A DNA stretch of 52,854 bases, from IMG/VR virus record IMGVR_UViG_3300030333_002333, positions 1-52,854 of that record; one strand, written 5' to 3'. Source of the DNA: a virus (Duplodnaviria; Caudoviricetes). Position 1 is the stretch's first letter; the number at the start of each line of letters is the position of its first letter. The notes beneath the pieces are model-generated. The model saw only the letters and a list, made by a program, of their open reading frames with translations, ran no database searches and was not told where the DNA came from. The translations under genes were made by a program, and so were the position numbers. Positions 18,974 through 26,448 of the stretch are shown here, in pieces.

Positions 18974-19850
18974 CTCTAGCTCCTTCTATTTTATCAAATT
19001 CAGTTTCTCCTTTATTCCAAGCCATTATAAAAGATACTGGGTCTAAACCAAGTGCCTCTAATTGCTCAGCAAAAGCAGTATACTGTAATTTGTTATTGTG
19101 ATAGGCTTCGGCTAATAACATCAAGAATGCATCTTCAGGTTCACCTTGCTGACTAGCAAGTTCTTGAATCTCCTCAATAAGTTTCTCATCTGGGTCAGTC
19201 TCGTTGATAGCCTTCCCATAGCCGTTGAAACCTTGAGTGTCTCCATGTCCCCAAAATGTACCTTGATTGTATACATTTCCTCTGCCGTAAAATCCAACTG
19301 CAGTCGTCTCTTTCTTTTCTTTCTTAATCTTATCTGCAATGTATTTCCATTTACTCTCTTCTTCATCAGGTGGCATTTTCATTTTAACATCACCTTTAGA
19401 AGCTTCATAGATATGAACTTTATCATAATGGTCTTTATAACCACATGCAAATGCCCATCTCTCTTTAGCACTGGCAACAACAGTAGAACAATAAAAGTTC
19501 TCCTGTGGTGCATTATCTTCTATGCAGGATTTATCTGTACCACTGAAGAAAGCACCCATACTATGATGGGAATGAATTATTCCCATCATACACTTTTCAG
19601 TTTCTGGATACTCTTTCCATGTTTTGGTAAGAATCTTAGCTGTATCACCTGCTTCAATAGTAGTGGCTGTGCCATGTCCTAAATCAACAGGATGAAAGTG
19701 AACTAATTCAAATCCTACGGGGAATTTCTCGCCTTTTTTAAGAATTGGCTTGTACCATGCTGGTCCACTCCATTCTTCAGACGGGAATCTGTTTAGAAAA
19801 TAAGTCACCTTGTTCCACACTCTTAGTGGTACTTGTAAGTACATTTTCAT
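18912..19850 (-). CDS. JAB/MPN+ (JAMM) metallopeptidase, Ubl-processing/deconjugating enzyme
   Basis: EEWSG plus H93-S-H95-x7-S103-x2-D106 (IHSHHSMGAFFSGTD); acidic C-terminal tail. Confidence 0.9.
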   Translation of the reverse strand: MKMYLQVPLRVWNKVTYFLNRFPSEEWSGPAWYKPILKKGEKFPVGFELVHFHPVDLGHGTATTIEAGDTAKILTKTWKEYPETEKCMMGIIHSHHSMGAFFSGTDKSCIEDNAPQENFYCSTVVASAKERWAFACGYKDHYDKVHIYEASKGDVKMKMPPDEEESKWKYIADKIKKEKKETTAVGFYGRGNVYNQGTFWGHGDTQGFNGYGKAINETDPDEKLIEEIQELASQQGEPEDAFLMLLAEAYHNNKLQYTAFAEQLEALGLDPVSFIMAWNKGETEFDKIEGARDVIALPETSEESRLNSTRKA

Positions 19851-21915
19851 ACTCCTCGTATTTTTGCTTATAATGGTCTTTCCAACTATTATAAGCCAGT
19901 TTGATTATTTCCACATCAATCATGTATCTCAACTCTTTGACCTCGTCAATAGATTTTGGAAATTCTGGGAAAACTTTATAGAACCATCCAATGAAACTAT
20001 CAAGAACAAGTTCTTGCATATCAGAATCATAGTCATGCAAATTACCATGCATTGCATCCATAAAGATTTCCCTATCGTCTTCGTCAGCTAATTCACTCTT
20101 TGAAAGCATTTCGATTACGAATGACCTGTAAGGTCCAATCAGTGAACAATTTCTCAGACAATAGCTAAATAACTGTTGCCATATTTCACTATTCGTTAGC
20201 TTTTCTTGAGGATAATAGCCATCCCAGTTATGATTACGCAAAACTAATGTATCGGGAATTAAAATCATTCCCACAAAGTCTTGTGTATGCGACATTGGTG
20301 CGTATCTACCTGTTTTGCTCATGCTTTCACATGCTCTTTTCATCTTCATATTCCAATAGTCTACCCAAGCAAAGTTTGGGTGGTCATCATGAGTATAGTA
20401 ACTCATACTACCATCAGTAAAGGTACCGTCATCATTCCAATAACACCTACCTGCTAGTAGCATTGACTCTTCTTCTAGTTTATCATAATCATGATTGGTA
20501 GCAATGGTAAAATCTCTTGTAATGAGTTCCCATTCACCAGTTGAATCTGATAGTCTTGAAGAAACTTCCCATCTAGCGTGACTGTCCATAATAGTATCAA
20601 GCTCAGGGTTCTTTCCAAGAACCATTAGCATTGTAGTATAATTACCACACACTCTTTGGCTTGACCTATTCCATTCATGCTGTCCAAAATTGGAAAGAAC
20701 ATTAAGTAAGCCATAACCCATGGGTCTTCTACTAACATATGTTTTTAAATAATTTTGTTTAAAATCATCTAAAACATTACCCCAGTTCTGTCTATACCAT
20801 GTTGATACACCTTGCATGAAAGCGTGCATATCACCAAGCGTCCAGTCATACCCAGATTTAGAAGTTATCCATTGACAGACTGCACTTGATACTCTTCTGT
20901 CTGTTAAATGGCTTATTGAATCTGTCCAAGTAACATACTTAGAATATTGTTCTGCCCATTCATCACCAGAAATATCGCCATGTGGATATCTAGCAAAAGG
21001 TGCTAAAACAATCTCAGCCTGTTTATGGATATCATCTACCATATGTTCAAATGCCCACGGTTCTTTTTCCATGAGTTCTGAATTATCTTCATAGATATAC
21101 CAATTCAATACTCGTTCCCAGATAATAGCATTTCTACCAGTATCTTCACAAAATTGAATTATCCAGTCTTCGCCAAATACCTGTCTCAGACTCCTATCTA
21201 ATGCTATTGCTTTTTCAGGAGCACCCTTTCTTACTAGATTGAGAGCACCATAAGGATATACAAATCCACGCAATGTTTCATTAGTATTCTCATCTTGTAT
21301 CTTAGTATCCCACATATATGCATCTACACTAAAGAATGTACTACGACCATTATAGTCATTAAGAAATCCTCTAATAGTTTCCAGTTGCTGATATGGTGAG
21401 TTATACTGGGAATCGACAATATTTTCATGCCATCTTCCATAACAAGCATTACCACCATTATCTACATGTGGATGATAAAAAGTAAAGAATGGATTTTCAC
21501 ATAGTTCATATGCGTCTTCTGGTGGTGCATCTCTGAGATATGATACAGGTTCTGCTTTTTGCAAATACCTTAATACCTCAGGAGCCCAATCAAAATGTCC
21601 ATACCTTAAAGGAAATGCTACATAGCAAGGTGCTGTATACCAAAATTTTCGTATCCGTAATCGTATGTCCCGTACTATCCATAATACATAATCTCTCTGA
21701 CTATCATAAATAAATTCATATTCATTTAGAAAATCATACCAATTCATATTATTAGCGATATCTCCATCTGGGATTTTATTCAAAAACAATCGTTCCATTA
21801 GTTGTACTGCTGATATTTCGTTAGTTATTTCCTTGCCATCTACTACATTACTTGTATATTTAATTACACTTTTTTTATTTAATCGCTCGTGCGTTGCTGT
21901 TTCACTCGAAAACAT
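19777..21915 (-). CDS. Large protein with N-terminal E2 (UBC-fold) Ubl-conjugating domain and ~500-aa unknown C-terminal region
   Basis: FYHPHVDNGGNAC158YGRW...SP...IRGFLNDYN matches HPN(I/V)xxxGxIC spacing; AAGGAGG SD. Confidence 0.78.
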   Translation of the reverse strand: MFSSETATHERLNKKSVIKYTSNVVDGKEITNEISAVQLMERLFLNKIPDGDIANNMNWYDFLNEYEFIYDSQRDYVLWIVRDIRLRIRKFWYTAPCYVAFPLRYGHFDWAPEVLRYLQKAEPVSYLRDAPPEDAYELCENPFFTFYHPHVDNGGNACYGRWHENIVDSQYNSPYQQLETIRGFLNDYNGRSTFFSVDAYMWDTKIQDENTNETLRGFVYPYGALNLVRKGAPEKAIALDRSLRQVFGEDWIIQFCEDTGRNAIIWERVLNWYIYEDNSELMEKEPWAFEHMVDDIHKQAEIVLAPFARYPHGDISGDEWAEQYSKYVTWTDSISHLTDRRVSSAVCQWITSKSGYDWTLGDMHAFMQGVSTWYRQNWGNVLDDFKQNYLKTYVSRRPMGYGLLNVLSNFGQHEWNRSSQRVCGNYTTMLMVLGKNPELDTIMDSHARWEVSSRLSDSTGEWELITRDFTIATNHDYDKLEEESMLLAGRCYWNDDGTFTDGSMSYYTHDDHPNFAWVDYWNMKMKRACESMSKTGRYAPMSHTQDFVGMILIPDTLVLRNHNWDGYYPQEKLTNSEIWQQLFSYCLRNCSLIGPYRSFVIEMLSKSELADEDDREIFMDAMHGNLHDYDSDMQELVLDSFIGWFYKVFPEFPKSIDEVKELRYMIDVEIIKLAYNSWKDHYKQKYEEYENVLTSTTKSVEQGDLFSKQIPV

Positions 21916-21947
21916 ATTGTTTCCTCCTTTTAAGTTGTGAACCGTGA

Positions 21948-21971
21948 GGGCTGGTTATTGTTTCCCAGCCC
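21948..21971 (-). promoter_or_regulatory. GC-rich intergenic hairpin between the Ubl and E2 genes
   Basis: GGGCTGG (21948-21954) / CCAGCCC (21965-21971), extendable via GAAC/GTTC; no U-tract. Confidence 0.5.
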
Positions 21972-22002
21972 CCCGTGTTCGATTATGCTGAAAAGTTAAA
22001 AA

Positions 22003-22272
22003 TTAACCTTTCAGAGTACTGACGATGAAGACTCTTGCTCCACCGTTCCCAGACTCTTGCTTAGCCTTCTGAAAAGACACAGTCTGTCCATCTCTTAAAC
22101 GAGTGGAAGACTTTGCAGGTTTACCACCTACATAGATTGCAACATCACTATCAGCGATACCGAATCCTTCCTTTTCAGCAATCTCAGCGGGAGTGGACGC
22201 TACCACAGTCTTAGGAACACCACCTGAATGGTATGCCATATAGCGTACAGTTGGTTTGTCACTATTTGCCAT
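22003..22272 (-). CDS. Ubiquitin-like (beta-grasp) protein, probably a precursor
   Basis: 89 aa; VAIYVGGKPAKSSTRLRDGQTVSF resembles the ThiS/MoaD/Ubl 'V.VNG...LxDGD.V' pattern; KQESGNGG then an 11-aa tail; first gene of the E2-JAB-E1 cluster. Confidence 0.75.
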   Translation of the reverse strand: MANSDKPTVRYMAYHSGGVPKTVVASTPAEIAEKEGFGIADSDVAIYVGGKPAKSSTRLRDGQTVSFQKAKQESGNGGARVFIVSTLKG

Positions 22273-22277
22273 AGTAA

Positions 22278-22598
22278 TTAGACCTCCGTTTGCTGTAGAA
22301 GATATTCCTCATGTTGTCGATGAGGTTTTACCTTCTGGGTTGTGACTGGTTTCCCAGTTTTCCTAATGGAAAATTTCGCAATAGGTTTCTTTCCAAGTAT
22401 ATTCATCTCTTTCCTGTAATTACCCTGAGCTTTTCTCAAGATATACAATGCGTCATCGTAACTCGGATATATACCTAATAGCGTCTTTTGCCATTCGATA
22501 GGAATCTCTACCTTCTCACCTTTAATGGTGACTTTTCTTGTTGTAAACCATTCTATTTGAATTAATGAATAGTTTACCTCTTGTTTTTTCTCTGCCAT
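22278..22598 (-). CDS. Hypothetical protein immediately upstream of Ubl
   Basis: 106 aa ORF; contains the GGAGG SD for the Ubl gene. Confidence 0.65.
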   Translation of the reverse strand: MAEKKQEVNYSLIQIEWFTTRKVTIKGEKVEIPIEWQKTLLGIYPSYDDALYILRKAQGNYRKEMNILGKKPIAKFSIRKTGKPVTTQKVKPHRQHEEYLLQQTEV

Positions 22599-22807
22599 GG
22601 TGCCCTCGTAGTATGTTTCATATAATCCTTTTTCTTATCCTTCTTTTTCCAAAGATATCTAAGACTACTATTCTGGCGACATGCCTCATTTCTCCACCAA
22701 CGCATTTTATTACGCATGTGGTTTAAACGCATACCAAGATAGGTTGACAAGAGTGTAAGTGTAACAATAACTATAGTTACACCAATAGGAATCAAGAAGA
22801 TTTCCAT
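22574..22807 (-). CDS. Small membrane-anchored basic protein
   Basis: N-terminal hydrophobic helix, basic tail, AAGGAG SD. Confidence 0.65.
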   Translation of the reverse strand: MEIFLIPIGVTIVIVTLTLLSTYLGMRLNHMRNKMRWWRNEACRQNSSLRYLWKKKDKKKDYMKHTTRAPWQRKNKR

Positions 22808-23041
22808 TTACTTTACTCCTTCGACTCTACAATCGACTTGTGATTCAATGTAATTATCAATTTCTATTTCAACATTTTCCCAATACTTATCTATTTCTGC
22901 TTTTGCTTTGTCTATATCACTATGAATCATTTCAATTGCTTTGTCTTGTGAAAGACCTATGAACATAAGTTCAGCGACCATTTTATTTATAGCCTCTTCA
23001 ACTTTACCCATGTTTCCTCCACTATTTATGGCGTGAATCAA
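22808..23041 (-). CDS. Hypothetical acidic helical protein (start probably at MGKVEE)
   Basis: GGAGG SD before the internal ATG at 23011. Confidence 0.6.
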   Translation of the reverse strand: MIHAINSGGNMGKVEEAINKMVAELMFIGLSQDKAIEMIHSDIDKAKAEIDKYWENVEIEIDNYIESQVDCRVEGVK

Positions 23042-23363
23042 AAATGATTCTGCCGTTAGGGATTGTAACTGCTACTTTTCCATTATTATATGATGTAACA
23101 TCACTAACAATATCTGGGAACTTCTCCTGAAGCCCCTTAACAGTTAACTCGGTTGGTTTCCTTTTAGAAAACCTTGGTTTTTCTTTTAACATGTCACGAT
23201 TATACCTCCTTTGTAGTTGTTTCGTGTTCTTTACTAAATCTTTATAAAAATATGGCATAGAGGGAGCAGGCTCGCTTACGGAGTTGAATCGCATATGCTT
23301 AACTGACCTACTCCCTCTCCCGTGATTCCCATATATAGAGGTCTGACCTTTTGCGTGCCTCAC
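23022..23363 (-). CDS. Hypothetical protein (start uncertain)
   Basis: 113 aa ORF colinear with the early arm. Confidence 0.5.
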   Translation of the reverse strand: MRHAKGQTSIYGNHGRGSRSVKHMRFNSVSEPAPSMPYFYKDLVKNTKQLQRRYNRDMLKEKPRFSKRKPTELTVKGLQEKFPDIVSDVTSYNNGKVAVTIPNGRIIFDSRHK

Positions 23364-23404
23364 AGGTACCAGTAGACACTACTATAAACGAGTTTGGAAA
23401 TTAA

Positions 23405-23702
23405 AAAGGGGGCATAAACAGTTGTCTATACGGGATGTTCATACATAAGACTCAGAAGTCGGAAAAAATCATCTTACATAATCAGGCATCCTAAGGTTTA
23501 TACCCCCTTTGGCTCAAATCGTGCTGGACACCGATGGTCAAATATATGGAGTATAAACCCCACCAGTGCCCAGCTTTGAGAAATGCGATTTTGCCAGTAG
23601 TATACACGGTATAGCGAACCGTCCAATATAATGTATACTAAAACAAAGACGATGTATGGAAATGAATCAAACCATACGGGGATGTCTCAGTTCTTAATCG
23701 CA
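23405..23702 (-). other. Structured non-coding segment (multi-hairpin; terminator/attenuator or ncRNA)
   Basis: Stems 23405-19/23496-510, 23513-18/23575-80, 23523-31/23566-74, 23584-90/23696-702, 23598-606/23632-40; two internal mismatches become G-U on the minus strand. Confidence 0.5.
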
Positions 23703-24172
23703 CAACTCAGGATTAGCGTATGCAAAAGGAAACCTATGTGCGTAACAAAAGGGCGAAAGAGACCCAAAAACCACACATAGGGAATAAAACACACGCTAAT
23801 TACAGGATAAATTTAATTTTTATTGTCTTGCTGGGCATTCATGCCCCAATGACTAAAAAAAAATTACTTAAACAGACCTTGCATAGAACCATAATTACGA
23901 TACGATTCTACACAAAGCCTGCCACTCTCCACACGAGAGTGTTACAAATATACTATTATCTACTATCCAGTTAAACATAATTGCCAACTTGCGTATTTAA
24001 TAAAACTACAGTGTTCGGCTCTCTATCCAGAGAGTTAAGGCTTGTACTTCGCCTACCTCACCAAGTTTGATTATTCCTTCAGACGAGGTCTACATCGGAA
24101 TGCCCAGTTTTCTCTGGGACACCATAGCCAAGATTCCCTAATCTTGTATATTTGCCTTAGCCAAGGGAACGA

Positions 24173-24364
24173 CTAAATTTTATATTTATTATAAAAAACA
24201 TCAAATTTCCGTCTCCTGTCCTTGTAATAGATAGCCCATAATTGCTTAACTTTCATTTTATTAAAATGACTCTTGGGCTTCCCAAACTTGCGAGAAGCCC
24301 AATTAACCAATTCTGGTTTAGTCCATGGAGGTACAGGGTCATATAACCAGCTATTCATTACCAT
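24173..24364 (-). CDS. Small basic hypothetical protein
   Basis: 63 aa, coupled to upstream gene. Confidence 0.55.
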   Translation of the reverse strand: MVMNSWLYDPVPPWTKPELVNWASRKFGKPKSHFNKMKVKQLWAIYYKDRRRKFDVFYNKYKI

Positions 24365-24795
24365 TTCTCATGTTCAGGTAAATCATTCCAGTCTACATCA
24401 TCTTTATCAACAATATCCTGTAACACCTCAACGGCTGTACTAACTACCATCATTCCCAGAATAGGGTCCATCTGGAAATCAATCTGGTCTTGAAGAGTTT
24501 TAAGAGCGTCCTTTGTGCAACTACAAGTAGTAGAACATGTATGGTCACTCTCCCTTAATTTTTCCAGTTCCCTTTCGACTAACTCTTCATTCTTGTCAAG
24601 CCATTCCTGTGCACGCTTGACCTGTGCCTCGGCTAACTCATAGTTTAAATTGGGAACCTCGTCAGGATGAAAAGGAAGAATATCCTCCTCTTCATCTTCT
24701 TCAAAGTCCCCAAAACACAAATGAGCCATCGCTACAATCATTGCTGTAACACCAACAACGACCATACCAATGTTTATAACACTATCCCAGTTCAC
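24358..24795 (-). CDS. Membrane-anchored acidic hypothetical protein
   Basis: N-terminal TM helix, GTG start in GTGA overlap. Confidence 0.65.
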   Translation of the reverse strand: MNWDSVINIGMVVVGVTAMIVAMAHLCFGDFEEDEEEDILPFHPDEVPNLNYELAEAQVKRAQEWLDKNEELVERELEKLRESDHTCSTTCSCTKDALKTLQDQIDFQMDPILGMMVVSTAVEVLQDIVDKDDVDWNDLPEHEKW

Positions 24796-24920
24796 GATAG
24801 CACCTTCTTACGAAGTTGCTTTTTCAGATTTCGCTTAATCTGGGAGGCTGTTCTCCCCATCTTTTTCAAGATTGAGGCTTTCTTGCGTTTAGCCATTTTA
24901 CGCATCTTTGCTTGTCTCAT
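24792..24920 (-). CDS. Very basic 42-aa peptide (not in ORF track)
   Basis: AAGGAG SD; MRQAKMRKMAKRKKASILKKMGRTASQIKRNLKKQLRKKVLS; overlaps next start. Confidence 0.6.
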   Translation of the reverse strand: MRQAKMRKMAKRKKASILKKMGRTASQIKRNLKKQLRKKVLS

Positions 24921-25074
24921 CCATTTTCTCCTTTTTTTTAGATTTCAAAGACAAATGCCTCGTACGAGACATCTTAAAAGGCAAACCCTTACGGTTCTTC
25001 TTGCCTTTAACGGTTGTAATCTCGACAACCTGACGAGTTTTATTATTACGACTAATTTCAATAATCTCTTTCAA
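24898..25074 (-). CDS. Basic 58-aa protein, TTG start (not in ORF track)
   Basis: AGGAG SD 6 nt upstream; (M)KEIIEISRNNKTRQVVEITTVKGKKNRKG... Confidence 0.5.
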   Translation of the reverse strand: MKEIIEISRNNKTRQVVEITTVKGKKNRKGLPFKMSRTRHLSLKSKKKEKMDETSKDA

Positions 25075-25285
25075 TTTAAACTCCTACAATAATACACTAT
25101 ATTAACAAAATATATTACCAAAAGAGTACAAGCCAACAACAAAAAAGTTGCTCGCCTATACTCTTTTTGGCAACAAAAAATGCCCCGATACTCGTCAACC
25201 TTTACGGTTGACAGTGGTTATTCCAAACAGCGTTTGCTGAATCACGGGGCATCGCCTCACAGAACTATGCTATCAGAGTTTAGTG

Positions 25286-25753
25286 CTAAGCCTTTGCAGA
25301 CATAGGCATAGAGGTAAACTTACCTCTAATGGTACCTGTGTCTTCAAAATGCACGGCACTATCTTTGATGAGCCGATAGTTTTGTCCAGTAACCTTGTAT
25401 GGGGCAACCCCAGACTCAGGTGTAACCATCGCAAGATGGTTCTGTATTCTCTCGGCAGAGAGACTTACAGGAAGACGCTGGAGCTCTCCAGTGTCTTTAC
25501 ACTTATAGTCTATGGTAACCCATAAAGAGGTGGTATACTGTTTGACGCCATCTATGATGGTCTGTACCCAGACTTCGGCTTTAGCCGCAGCGTCATAAAC
25601 AAGTTTTCCATCCTCTTGGTTATGTATGGACATTTCTATCGGTTCAAAATCTGATAGATTCTCTGCAACAGATTTATCCTCATAGAGACTGGACTTGTCC
25701 ACCTCATGGGATGTATCTGCTTTAGTGGCTGATAGAGTTTTCTTATCAGGCAT
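25286..25753 (-). CDS. Hypothetical protein, first gene of the minus (early) arm
   Basis: 155 aa, AGGAG upstream. Confidence 0.7.
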   Translation of the reverse strand: MPDKKTLSATKADTSHEVDKSSLYEDKSVAENLSDFEPIEMSIHNQEDGKLVYDAAAKAEVWVQTIIDGVKQYTTSLWVTIDYKCKDTGELQRLPVSLSAERIQNHLAMVTPESGVAPYKVTGQNYRLIKDSAVHFEDTGTIRGKFTSMPMSAKA

Positions 25754-25807
25754 TGAAGAGAATTTCTCCTATTTTGTTAAATAGAGATTAGCGAGTATAT
25801 CCAGTAA

Positions 25808-26386
25808 CTTGATATACAAAAGCCTATATGCCGTAAGACGAGTCTTACCATAAGCATATAGTATGCAATATAATATCTATTTAAGAAATAGAAATATTGC
25901 ACTAGGGTGCAAGTGGGGGCAATACGCAGATAAGTACCTCGTCTAATGAGCCCCTGAAACCGAGGCGGAAGCCTCGGCATGGAGGTTTCATCAGGATATG
26001 AAACTTAGCCGTATGTCTACGAAAGATTAGTAATACATGTGGGCATACGGATATGTAGGAACTATCTGTATTACCTCTACTACCAAGATAAGGCTAGGAA
26101 CTCCCTGCTAACTGTGGATAGGGCTAGGCTATCCCAGCGATAGTTTTGGCTTGGTATGACGCTAGTAGCCACGCTACCTCAACTATGTGTGAGCACACAC
26201 CAAAGGTGAATAGTATCGAGTGTGGGAGCACTAGGGGAGTCAGCCCAAGTACCAAACAAAACTATCCTAGCAGGGAGCGGTAGTAGAGAGTGATACGACC
26301 TACATATGTACTAAGTTTCAACCAGAGGGAACCCCATGGGGGTGAAATTAGACGGGGTACCTGCGAGTGTATATCAAGAACTCCCA
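25808..26386 (+). ncRNA. Large (~580 nt) highly structured non-coding RNA candidate
   Basis: Nested stems 25808-18/26368-78, 25934-47/26347-60, 25999-26008/26311-20, 26051-59/26299-307, 26075-84/26279-88, 26101-10/26268-77, 26139-48/26257-66; local hairpins including CCGAGGC-GGAA-GCCTCGG; wobbles are G-U on the plus strand. Confidence 0.7.
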
Positions 26387-26448
26387 TTCTACGGGTAATT
26401 TTGACAAATGACCTTTTTTCAACGACTTTGTCTTTATAATTTCTGACC

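Noticed and set aside
12619-20091. Plus-strand ORFs opposite the replication and Ubl genes, and the nested minus ORF 19121..19366
   Set aside because: Fully overlap genes with clear motifs; shadow or alternate-frame ORFs
23720-23974. Plus-strand 84-aa ORF (also 24667..25092 and 25283..25525)
   Set aside because: Opposite to the local gene direction, no SD; overlaps structured DNA or better-supported minus-strand genes
25937-25965. Hammerhead-like words (GTC, CTAATGAG, GAAAC)
   Set aside because: Core is CUAAUGA rather than CUGANGA and stems I/II cannot form; these bases pair elsewhere in the large structure
25808-26386. tmRNA, RNase P RNA or group I/II intron identity for the structured element
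   Set aside because: No tRNA-like ends with CCA, no GAGGAAAGUCC core, no P7 or domain V consensus found, and no interrupted gene flanks it
26401-26440. TTGACA and TATAAT upstream of 26449
   Set aside because: Spacing is 28 nt, incompatible with a single sigma70 promoter
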